Below, one piece after another: positions 20,735 to 29,706 of a stretch of DNA of 64,000 nt. Origin of the DNA: an uncultured delta proteobacterium (GTDB lineage: Bacteria; Desulfobacterota; Binatia; Bin18); NCBI GenBank assembly GCA_963733195.1, contig CAVTCR010000056.1, positions 64,001 through 128,000 on the forward strand. The letters are read 5' to 3'. Each line of letters begins with the position of its first letter. The first letter of the stretch is position 1. The position numbers and the translations under genes were made by a program. The notes beneath the pieces were generated by a model. It searched no databases. It saw only the letters and a list, made by a program, of their open reading frames with translations, and had not been told where the DNA came from.

Positions 20735-20823
20735 AGTATTCCTTTCTTGTATTGTTGTATTGGCTGTCTATTCTCATACCTGCAAGAAGCTGGCAAGATG
20801 CAGGGCCGAGAAAGGAGACACAG

Positions 20824-22050
20824 GTGAAGCCATTACATGGTCTTGTTGTTATTGATCTCACGCGATTCCTCGCTGGCCCGTATTGTACGCTCTTGCTTGG
20901 CGGGTTGGGAGCTGAAGTCATCAAAGTAGAGCCACCAAAAGAAGGAGAAGCTCAACGGTTGCGCCCCCCTTTTGCTGGCCCGAAGGGAGCTGGCCTGACC
21001 AAACAGACAGAGGACGACATCGGTTTACCTTTCTTGCATCGAGCACGAAACAAAAAAAGCGTTACGCTCAACCTACGCAGCGTGGAAGGGAAAGAGCTGT
21101 TTTTACAGCTCTGTGAGAAGGCTGATGTTGTAGTCGAAAACTTTGCACCAGGAACGCTGGAAAGGATGGGGTTTGATTTCCCCGTGTTGCAAGCACGGAA
21201 TCCTCGCCTGATTCTCTGCTCGATCTCTGGGTTTGGGCAGCATGGCCCACGGCGTGAATGGCGTGCGTATGATCCAATTATTCAAGCTGCAAGCGGGATT
21301 GTTAGCGTCACCGGCTATCCCGACCGTCCGCCGGTGCGCTGCGGTGCAGCGATTAGTGATACCACAACTCCGCTCTTTGCGGTAATCGGGATTTTGTCCG
21401 CCCTCCGGCAACGAGAGCAAAGTGGGAGAGGAGACTGGATCGATATTTCGATGCAGGATTGCTCTTTCTTTCTTCTCCCCGAGTTGATTGAATTTCTTGC
21501 TGCTGGAGATACGCCTCAGCGACAGGCGAATGCCCATATCGGCGGAGCACCGTTCAACGTCTATGTGACCACAGACGGGTATGTATCGATCTGCGCAATC
21601 AATGATCCAGATTGGCGGAAACTCGCTGTTGCATTAGGAAAAGCAGAATTGGCAAACGATCCACGCTTTGCCACGATCCTCAGTCGCCGTCAGCATCGCC
21701 AGGTCCTCGACGAAATGATCCAGCAGTGGATTGGGGCGTGGACAACCAGCGATGCCGTTGCCCATCTGCAACAGCACGAAGTTCCTGCCGGTCCGGTGTT
21801 GAGTCCGCCTGAGCTGTTACATGACGAGCATCTTCATGCTCGAAACATGGTGGTTGATGTCGTGCATCCGACTCGTGGTTCAATACCGGGGGTCAAAGGA
21901 ATGGGCATGCCGATCAAGTTTGTGCAGAATCCCATCACATTCGACCAGCCAGCGCCAGCGGTTGGGGAACAGAATGCCGAAATCTATGGTCGATTGCTTG
22001 GTATTGACGAGGCCAAGATGAAAGTACTCAAAGAACAGGGAGTGATTTAG
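20824..22050 (+). CDS. CaiB/BaiF class III CoA-transferase
   Basis: DLTRFLAGPY, RNKKSVTLNL, DVVVENF.PG, SISGFG; AAGGAG RBS. Confidence 0.92.
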   Translation: MKPLHGLVVIDLTRFLAGPYCTLLLGGLGAEVIKVEPPKEGEAQRLRPPFAGPKGAGLTKQTEDDIGLPFLHRARNKKSVTLNLRSVEGKELFLQLCEKADVVVENFAPGTLERMGFDFPVLQARNPRLILCSISGFGQHGPRREWRAYDPIIQAASGIVSVTGYPDRPPVRCGAAISDTTTPLFAVIGILSALRQREQSGRGDWIDISMQDCSFFLLPELIEFLAAGDTPQRQANAHIGGAPFNVYVTTDGYVSICAINDPDWRKLAVALGKAELANDPRFATILSRRQHRQVLDEMIQQWIGAWTTSDAVAHLQQHEVPAGPVLSPPELLHDEHLHARNMVVDVVHPTRGSIPGVKGMGMPIKFVQNPITFDQPAPAVGEQNAEIYGRLLGIDEAKMKVLKEQGVI

Positions 22051-22355
22051 TCACAAAAGTAGATATGGGGAAGAGGCGAAGCGGGAAAAAGGGAAAAAGG
22101 ATAGGGAGGAAGAGGGAGATGGGAGACGTGATGTGTGAAACGTAATGCGTATTATCCACAAAAAGCGAAAGACGAGGAGCACATAAAACGTCACCCGCAA
22201 AGCCAGCAGTCAGAAACTCAGTCTCAGTAGTCAGTTCTTGGGTGTCAGGACCCCCCTATTCTTGGACTTTAGACTTTGGACCTTAGACCCTAGCCGCTGG
22301 ACTCCGGACTAGAAACTCTTTTAACTCATTCCTTGTTCGGCGAAGGAGATTTTGT

Positions 22356-22944
22356 ATGGCAACGGTACTTGGTATTTCTGGCAGTCTGACCAAAGGTGGT
22401 AGCACGCGGGCAGTGATCGATGCCGCCCTTCAGGGAGCAAAAACGCGGTATCCACAACTGACAACTGATGTGATCGACTTACGAAATGTGACTCTCTCTT
22501 TTTGTGATGGACGTCCACTGAATGAATATACCGATGATACACCGCGAGTTGTTGGCCAGATCCAAGCGGCAGATGCGTATATCATTGGCACGCCGATCTA
22601 TCGCGGGTCGTACACTGGGTCGCTCAAGAACTTGCTCGACCATGTTCCGGTCGAAGCGATGATGGGCAAAGTCGCTGGATTGATTGCCACCGCCGCCACA
22701 GACCACCACTATCTCAGTATCGACCAAGAACTGCGACCGGTTTTGCATGTGGTTCAATCTGCACTTGGTGCCGGGCAGTGTGTATGTCCGCAGTAATCAA
22801 CTCCAAGGCAACACGATTAGTGATGAACAAGTCAGCGAACACTTACGTTTATTGGGCGAGGCAGTGGCGGAAATGCAGCAGCGCCTCGCTGGAGGAGTAC
22901 AGGGGCCGCCGCCGCTGAGCTTGTGGGGGCGACGAAAGTCATAA
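22356..22944 (+). CDS. NADPH-dependent FMN reductase (frameshift ~22745)
   Basis: GISGSLTKGGST, TPIYRGSYTGSLKNLLD. Confidence 0.85.
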
Positions 22945-23050
22945 CCTACGGTGTGAGCTGGGGCTGCTTTCGGCCGCTTGCCAAATAGCTGGGAGTCGGA
23001 TAGGAGCGGTTGCCGACGTATGCCAATTTCACGGGTAAAGGGGAGGAATA

Positions 23051-23647
23051 ATGAGGTACTGGAGACGGTGGGGGCTAAGCTGTTTAGTGATTCTTGGGGT
23101 TTTGTGCGGGAGCAGGATTTCGTACGCTGAGGATGTCTTACCCAAAGCAGGGACATGGGAAGTAGGTTTACGCACCGGTTATATCTGGGGATTACGCAAA
23201 CATGCTGAAATGATCCCGATCAACTTACGCATTGGGTACACCACCTTCAAGGGACAATGGTGGATTGTCCCGGCTGGGGCATTTGAGATTAGTGCCGAGC
23301 CGTTTGTTTCTGTGATACATTCGATCAGACCTGGCACGCACGGTTCTGTGGAACTGGGCCTGGGACTTCCTGTGTTTACCTATTACTTTGATACAGGAAC
23401 TCGCTTTGCTCCCTATATCGAGGGGGGCCTGGGACTCTTGTATACAGATTTGCGTGGCTACAGCTTAGGCGGTCATTTCAGTTTTATGGAAAACATTGGC
23501 TTGGGGGCCAGCTACTTTTTAAGCGACAATCTGGCTTTCAATGCCATGTGGCGCTATCGGCATATTTCTAACGCCAATCTTTATGATGATAATGCTGGCT
23601 TGGACTCTGGTGTCATCCTTGCTGGTTTTTCCTACTTTCTTCCATAG
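23051..23647 (+). CDS. Acyloxyacyl hydrolase / PagL-like outer-membrane beta-barrel
   Basis: Signal peptide, PYIEGGLG, YRHISNA catalytic motif, terminal aromatic strand. Confidence 0.8.
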   Translation: MRYWRRWGLSCLVILGVLCGSRISYAEDVLPKAGTWEVGLRTGYIWGLRKHAEMIPINLRIGYTTFKGQWWIVPAGAFEISAEPFVSVIHSIRPGTHGSVELGLGLPVFTYYFDTGTRFAPYIEGGLGLLYTDLRGYSLGGHFSFMENIGLGASYFLSDNLAFNAMWRYRHISNANLYDDNAGLDSGVILAGFSYFLP

Positions 23648-23659
23648 AACGACACGACT

Positions 23660-24040
23660 ATGCTCATGATCTTGCCGCCCCTGCGGGAGCGGCGTGCTAT
23701 AGATCGGCTGCTGTCGAGCTTCTTCCATGACCATAAAATCAGCAGTTTTCGCCAAGCCGTCACGCGCCTCTGTACGTTCTACCGTCTTAAACGACCACGG
23801 TTTGAATGGTATGCCTACATTGATTGGGGAAAGACTGCCGGAAGAACATACGAGGATGGAATGATCCACCTCATGCACCCGGAGTATTGGAAACGAGGGC
23901 GGAAGTATAATTCCGAGCGGCAATGGGTTAATATGGTCTACCATGAAATGGGCCACTACATTTACTGGGTTGATGCGGAGCGTAAAGCAAACGCGTTCGC
24001 TCAGAATATGGTACGCGGCCTCAACCCTCAACGGCGGTGA
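23660..24040 (+). CDS. Small HExxH metallopeptidase-like protein
   Basis: HEMGH...AERKANAFA. Confidence 0.7.
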   Translation: MLMILPPLRERRAIDRLLSSFFHDHKISSFRQAVTRLCTFYRLKRPRFEWYAYIDWGKTAGRTYEDGMIHLMHPEYWKRGRKYNSERQWVNMVYHEMGHYIYWVDAERKANAFAQNMVRGLNPQRR

Positions 24041-24651
24041 GAAACGTTATGGCAAAAGAATCCTCCAGAGAACAGAGTGCTCGTGAGCAGAATGCAGATA
24101 ACAACTGGTGGGTTGAGAAGCTCAAAACTCGCGAGAAGGTCAAACTCGAAGAAGGCCAAGCTTTCGTTGGCGCCAACTTCTTTCGCAGTGTGGAAGGCTA
24201 CGACCAAGAAGAGGCAACCAAGAACCTCACTGACCTCAACCTCAAATTGCTTACCGCAGCGAACCCTGCACCTGGGGGGTGGGGGTATGTAGCACTGGTG
24301 GAACAGAAATCCCCGCCGACAGAGATCGACAAGGTTAAGCGCGCCTTACCGCTGCCTCCTGATGCGCGCGCAGTCCTGGTAGACTCGGGCTTGTCGTTGC
24401 GCGTGATCGTGACTGGAACCCCCGTTGGCGAACGCCTCTTGGAGTTCAATTTCATTGAGGAAGCTTCTTTCGATTGTTGGATTCGCGGGGAGTGGATTCG
24501 TGAAGAAGTGTTTCGCGGTAAACGCGAGTTGCTCCGCCGCGCCAGCGATCTTTTACGGCGATATATGGCACGAGATCTGGTCAGAGAAAAAGAATTCTTT
24601 TCTTCGCCCCATGCGAAGGGAGCGCTCCCTCCAGCACGTACGGAGTGGTAG
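24037..24651 (+). CDS. Hypothetical protein (start GTG 24037 or ATG 24049)
   Basis: 204-aa ORF abutting/overlapping the upstream gene. Confidence 0.65.
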   Translation: MRNVMAKESSREQSAREQNADNNWWVEKLKTREKVKLEEGQAFVGANFFRSVEGYDQEEATKNLTDLNLKLLTAANPAPGGWGYVALVEQKSPPTEIDKVKRALPLPPDARAVLVDSGLSLRVIVTGTPVGERLLEFNFIEEASFDCWIRGEWIREEVFRGKRELLRRASDLLRRYMARDLVREKEFFSSPHAKGALPPARTEW

Positions 24652-24788
24652 ATCACGCCCTTCCTCGCTTCGAGCGAGCTATCCGTTCGGAAACCGATCT
24701 CGTGGAAGAACTACGAGGTGGTCGGTTCGCAACGGTTGATTTACACAACCGAACCTTGTAGGGGCAGGGGCATGAAGGAGGGAGCATC

Positions 24789-25613
24789 ATGCCTACAGTC
24801 AAAGCCAACAATTATGAGATGTACTACGAGATCGATGACTTTACCGATCCGTGGAAGTCGTCTGAACCGCTGTGGATTCAGCACGGTTTTGGTCGCAGTT
24901 TGCAGTTTTGGTATCACTGGGTTCCTTTGTTAGCTGGGCAGTATCGCGTGATCCGACGCGATATGCGTGGACACGGCCAATCTGCAGACCCTGGAGCCAA
25001 TTATGTGTGGTCCGTCGATGACCTGCTCAACGACATGAGAGGATTCCTTGACGCTCTTGGCATTGACAAAGTGCATTATGTCGGGGAATCAGTTGGTGGT
25101 ATTCTCGGAATCGCTTTTGCGGTGCGTTGGCCGGAACGATTCAAGAGTCTCACTTTGTGTGCGACACCACCAGCGATCCATCCTCATATTCAAGAGAAAT
25201 TTGCCGTTGGCTATAAAGATTGGTATACCGCGCTCGGGACCCTTGGGCCTGCTGGATGGGTGAAAGCACTGATGGAACAAGGAGGCGGCGTTGCCGTTGG
25301 AGAAGCGAGATCCCCACGGCTTGAGTGGATATTAAAAGAGTGGGGAAAAACTCGTACGCATGTATTGCAGGGCCTTTGTCGCTTAGTTCCGAGTGTGAAT
25401 ATCACGCCACTGCTACCACAAGTGAAAGTGCCGACGTTAGTATTGGCACCAGAGACGAGCCCGCTGACTCCTTTAACCGAACAAATGATGATTCGCGACT
25501 CGATTCCGGGTGCACGTATCTCTGTGATTGCCGGTCATGGCCATGAGATCTATCTCGATAATGCTGAAGGGTGTATTGCTGCGCTGCTTTCGTTTCTGCG
25601 GTCGCTGAAATAA
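24789..25613 (+). CDS. Alpha/beta hydrolase
   Basis: HGFG, DMRGHGQS, GESVGG nucleophile elbow, C-terminal GH. Confidence 0.9.
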   Translation: MPTVKANNYEMYYEIDDFTDPWKSSEPLWIQHGFGRSLQFWYHWVPLLAGQYRVIRRDMRGHGQSADPGANYVWSVDDLLNDMRGFLDALGIDKVHYVGESVGGILGIAFAVRWPERFKSLTLCATPPAIHPHIQEKFAVGYKDWYTALGTLGPAGWVKALMEQGGGVAVGEARSPRLEWILKEWGKTRTHVLQGLCRLVPSVNITPLLPQVKVPTLVLAPETSPLTPLTEQMMIRDSIPGARISVIAGHGHEIYLDNAEGCIAALLSFLRSLK

Positions 25614-25630
25614 AGCTGTGAGGAGGGCAT

Positions 25631-26473
25631 ATGTCAGAAGCAGCACAACGGTTGCGTCAGATGCTCAGTAGTCCAGAAATGGTGGTCGCGCCGTTTGTCT
25701 TCGATGCCTTTCAGGCGCGTATTGCCCAAGCCGCAGGTTTTCAGGCTGTGTATATGACAGGCTTCGGTACGGCTGCGGCGCGCGGGTTCCCTGATGTCGG
25801 GCTGCTGACGATGGCCGAGATGGTCGAGAATGTTCGTTATATTGCTGGAGCGGTAAATATCCCTCTCATCTGTGATGCCGACACAGGCTACGGGAATCCC
25901 GTGAATGTGTATCGCACTGTACGTGACTATGAATCTGCAGGTGCAGCAGGGCTGCATATTGAAGATCAAGTATGGCCCAAGCGCTGCGGTTTTCTTGCTG
26001 GAAAGCAGGTCATTTCTCTGGAAGAAATGGTGCCGAAGGTGAAAGCTGCGTGTGATGCACGACGCGACCCTAACTTCGTGATCATTGCGCGCACCGATGC
26101 ACTGGCCGTCAATGGCTGGGGGGATGTTGCGAAGCGAGCACGAGCGTATCATGCTGCTGGCGCCGATTTGATCTTTGTCGATGGTATCCGCACGCTCGAA
26201 GATATGCAGCGTTATGTGCAGGAGATTGGTGATTTGCCACTGTTGTATAACGGTCAGTTACTGCCAGTGGTCGAGATTGAAAAGATGGGATTCCGTCTGA
26301 CGATTTACTCGGCAACGTTGACGGGATTCTATCTGCGTATGCGCGACATGATGCGCGAGCTGAAAGAAACCGGGAGTATCGCGCAGAGTTCGGGACCTGG
26401 GTTGTTTGACGAGATGACGACCCTCTTAGGGGTAAAAGATGCGCTGGCATTGGGCAAGAAGTATGAGAGCTAA
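25631..26473 (+). CDS. Isocitrate lyase/PEP mutase family (PrpB-like)
   Basis: DADTGYG, IEDQVWPKRCG, IIARTDA. Confidence 0.9.
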   Translation: MSEAAQRLRQMLSSPEMVVAPFVFDAFQARIAQAAGFQAVYMTGFGTAAARGFPDVGLLTMAEMVENVRYIAGAVNIPLICDADTGYGNPVNVYRTVRDYESAGAAGLHIEDQVWPKRCGFLAGKQVISLEEMVPKVKAACDARRDPNFVIIARTDALAVNGWGDVAKRARAYHAAGADLIFVDGIRTLEDMQRYVQEIGDLPLLYNGQLLPVVEIEKMGFRLTIYSATLTGFYLRMRDMMRELKETGSIAQSSGPGLFDEMTTLLGVKDALALGKKYES

Positions 26474-26581
26474 CAGTATAGATGGTATCCTCCTCCACCA
26501 TTCTGGCGACTTGCAAATCAGATACCTGGTCGCAATAATGACATCTACATTAACAAGTCATATCATAAGAAAGAGATCGCT

Positions 26582-26869
26582 ATGCCAAGCGAAAAAAGCG
26601 TGACAGAAAAGATTCTCCATGTGTTGCGTCCATATGCGGCGCATTGGGGTGGGACTCTAGGCCGGGGAGATTTGGTCATTCCCCAACGCGAGATTCCCCG
26701 GGTAATCCATGAAATCATTGACACGATGCGAGAAGTTTCTGAGGGGCGACGGGAAGCTTCTGATGTGGACGTGTTTCAAGTGCTCAAGGAAAGCCGCCAT
26801 CTCTCGTCTATCCAGGATCAAGTTGAACGTCTCAAGCGGCAGTTCGTCCTCCTGAAGCGGCAATCGTAA
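26582..26869 (+). CDS. Hypothetical protein
   Basis: 95-aa ORF filling a gap between co-oriented genes. Confidence 0.6.
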   Translation: MPSEKSVTEKILHVLRPYAAHWGGTLGRGDLVIPQREIPRVIHEIIDTMREVSEGRREASDVDVFQVLKESRHLSSIQDQVERLKRQFVLLKRQS

Positions 26870-26949
26870 ATCCCGCGGTTTGCTCTGTCTGGTCATTTTG
26901 TTAAGTCCCCACGCTTGACGGCTTCCGTTTCTCCCGCTCTGTTAGAGAC

Positions 26950-27981
26950 ATGAATGCCGCCTTTGCTGCTCGCTTAGTTAACGGACCGTTTGGTGACCCC
27001 GGCTTATATATCCATTTGCGTTGGGAAGGTCGGGCATTGCTCTTCGATCTTGGGCATAATGATGCGCTGCCAGCGGCAGATATGTTTCGTGTGAGTCATG
27101 TATTTGTCTCACACTGCCACATGGATCACTTTATTGGCTTTGATCACCTCCTCCGCTTATTTCTTGCGCGAGATGAAAAGCTGTCTCTCTTTGGGCCTCC
27201 CGGCATCATCGATTGTGTGGACGGAAAGCTCCGCGGCTATACGTGGAATTTGGTGGATAACTATCAGTTCGCCATTGAAGTCTCTGAGGTTGCGCCGGAC
27301 AGTATCCGTCGCGTGCTCTTCTCGGCTCGTACTGGGTTTACTCCTGAAGACCTGCCTTCGTTGCCGTTTACCGGCATTGTCCTTGACGAACTTGCATTTC
27401 GGGTCCGTGTCGCGCATCTCGATCATCGGATTTACTCACTCGGGTTTGCAGTAGAGGAGAAAACCCACCTTAACGTCGATACAACCGTCTTATCGCGGAT
27501 GGGAGTACTGCCTGGTCCTTGGCTGTCTGAAGTGAAGTTAGCGCTCCGGCGCGGAGAGGCAGATGACTTTCCTATTGTCGCTCGGTGGCAGGAGCGGCAG
27601 AGTGGAGAGGTCAGTCGACAGTTACAACTCGGGGATCTACGGCATCATTTGGTCAAAGAAACCCGCGGACACAAAATCGCGTACGTCGTCGATACGATTT
27701 TCACTCCCGAGAACGCCTCACGTATTGCTACGTTAGCGCAAGATGCTGACCTCTTCTTTTGCGAATCACCTTTTCTGAACGAAGACGAAGACCAGGCAAC
27801 ACGGCGGTATCATCTCACTGCCCGTCAGGCTGGAATACTTGGGCGCATGGCGCAGGCCCGGAAGTTAGTCGTCTTTCACTTCTCTCCGCGATACTCGGGT
27901 CAAGCCGAACGGATCTACCGCGAAGCGCAAGATGCCTTTCGCGGACGCGAAGAGGGGAGTGGGGTTGTACGTCCAACATAA
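26950..27981 (+). CDS. rnz: Ribonuclease Z family MBL-fold hydrolase
   Basis: SHCHMDH, PGPW exosite, HLTA, HFSPRY. Confidence 0.8.
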   Translation: MNAAFAARLVNGPFGDPGLYIHLRWEGRALLFDLGHNDALPAADMFRVSHVFVSHCHMDHFIGFDHLLRLFLARDEKLSLFGPPGIIDCVDGKLRGYTWNLVDNYQFAIEVSEVAPDSIRRVLFSARTGFTPEDLPSLPFTGIVLDELAFRVRVAHLDHRIYSLGFAVEEKTHLNVDTTVLSRMGVLPGPWLSEVKLALRRGEADDFPIVARWQERQSGEVSRQLQLGDLRHHLVKETRGHKIAYVVDTIFTPENASRIATLAQDADLFFCESPFLNEDEDQATRRYHLTARQAGILGRMAQARKLVVFHFSPRYSGQAERIYREAQDAFRGREEGSGVVRPT

Positions 27982-28000
27982 GTTTGAAGAAAAGGTGTCT

Positions 28001-28441
28001 ATGACACTCCACATTGCCGAATCCGTCCAACGCTTCATTCACTCCCATGTGGTTGCTCGTTTGGCTACAGCCGATGCAACCGGTCAACCGCACGTTATCC
28101 CTTTTTGTTACGCCTTCGATGGTACGTCTTTGTACTTTATTGTTGATGAGAAACCGAAACGCCAGACTGGAAAACCGCTAAAACGGATACGTAACATCCT
28201 CGCCAATCCTCAGGTTGCGGTGGTGATTGACGACTATGCTGACGACTGGACCCAGTTGGCGTATGTTCTCATCACCGGGCAAGCCGCAATTGTCGAAAAG
28301 GAAGACGAACACGCACGTGCCCTTGGTTTGTTACGCGAGCGTTATCCGCAATATCGAGCGATGTCATTGACCTTTCCCCATAATGCGATGGTGCGGATCA
28401 TACCGGCAAAAGTGATTGCCTGGGGGAAGATTGAAAAATAG
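28001..28441 (+). CDS. PPOX-class F420-dependent oxidoreductase (Rv0121-like)
   Basis: VARLATAD..G.PHVIP, DEKPK, RIRNILANPQV, DDYADDW. Confidence 0.85.
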   Translation: MTLHIAESVQRFIHSHVVARLATADATGQPHVIPFCYAFDGTSLYFIVDEKPKRQTGKPLKRIRNILANPQVAVVIDDYADDWTQLAYVLITGQAAIVEKEDEHARALGLLRERYPQYRAMSLTFPHNAMVRIIPAKVIAWGKIEK

Positions 28442-28514
28442 ACTGAGCAAGGAGGGTGGGTCCTGTCCACCATTGTGATGCTCACATATACAATAAGAAA
28501 CAGGAGGGCGTCTT

Positions 28515-29043
28515 GTGAGTAATAGCACCACACAACAACGTCGAGTCTACACTGGTTATGTTGGTAACCCGAATCCCACTGAGCGTGAACGAATTATGCA
28601 TCTCCTTGATGTGTATCGTTCTACTGAAGGTTTTGTTGCTCAGTATCTCCCAGGTTGGATTGAGGTGAGCCAACACGAGGGAGTAAAAGGTGGACTCGCT
28701 GTGATACAACAACGCGAAGCTTTACACGCCAAAGTCATGAAAGCCCGGTTACGTGCCTTAGGGGGAACACCACAGGCAAAAGTACCTGAGGAACGTCGGC
28801 AAAAGGAGGTTCCGTTCTTTAGCTCTCCTGAACGCTCAGATGTTGAGAAACTTGGTGTCCTTGCGAACCTTTTTGGTGATCCCGAGGAGTTTATGAAACC
28901 AGTCACGAGACCTGGTGATGGAAATCGACGAAGATCAGCAGAGCAAGGAATTATTAGCGCAAATCGTTGAGGACGAGCGTGCCAGTATTCGGTGGATTCA
29001 AGGGATGTACGAAAAACTGCAGAAAGCGGAGAACGTGGTGTAA
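28515..29043 (+). CDS. Ferritin-like four-helix protein (frameshift ~28905)
   Basis: REALH..ARLRALGG; alternative frame gives IVEDE..SIRW. Confidence 0.6.
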
Positions 29044-29178
29044 GAGCTATAGGAAAAACACACCAAGATATCGATTGTTCGCCGATTACGGCAGGCACAG
29101 CCTGCCCTACTGTGAGTCGATGGAATTCGTAGGCGGGTATGCCCGCCATGGGCTGTTTAAGCAAAAGTCAAATCAGCT

Positions 29179-29697
29179 GTGTTTTCTATCGGTGACGTCT
29201 CTGTGGTAAAATCTATGAGACGTAACAATCACTGGTTGTCACGTATAAAAAGCACGGATGGTAAGTACAACAGTGTTTTTATACTCTGCGTGGCTGGAAA
29301 TAGTGCTCTTACGGCGGCCGATGATTTTCCGGAGCTTCGTTCAGGACTCTGGGAGTACCAGCGCACAGTGCAACGTTCGGACGAAAACTGGTCACCAAAA
29401 GATATAACCGTGCGTGAATGCGAGAATCCCATCAGCGTGTTGCAGAAACAGAATGAGCTATACAGGAAGCTTGGCTGTGCGATCGCAACAACTCGGGTGA
29501 CGGAGGCAACCTACCAGGTGACAGCTGATTGTCCGACAAAGAACGGTATTAAGACGAAATCTCGTGGTGTGGCTACATTCGACGGCGATAGTGCGTACAC
29601 GAGTGTGATTGACTCAGAGGGAGCTGTTGCTGGGAATCCGGTGAAATTTGTTGAGCGGTTGTCAGCCAAGCGTGTTGGTGATTGCGAAAAGAAATAA
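29179..29697 (+). CDS. DUF3617-like exported protein (start uncertain)
   Basis: LRSGLWE, conserved Cys, terminal AKRVGDC. Confidence 0.7.
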   Translation: MFSIGDVSVVKSMRRNNHWLSRIKSTDGKYNSVFILCVAGNSALTAADDFPELRSGLWEYQRTVQRSDENWSPKDITVRECENPISVLQKQNELYRKLGCAIATTRVTEATYQVTADCPTKNGIKTKSRGVATFDGDSAYTSVIDSEGAVAGNPVKFVERLSAKRVGDCEKK

Positions 29698-29706
29698 GGA
29701 GGACGT

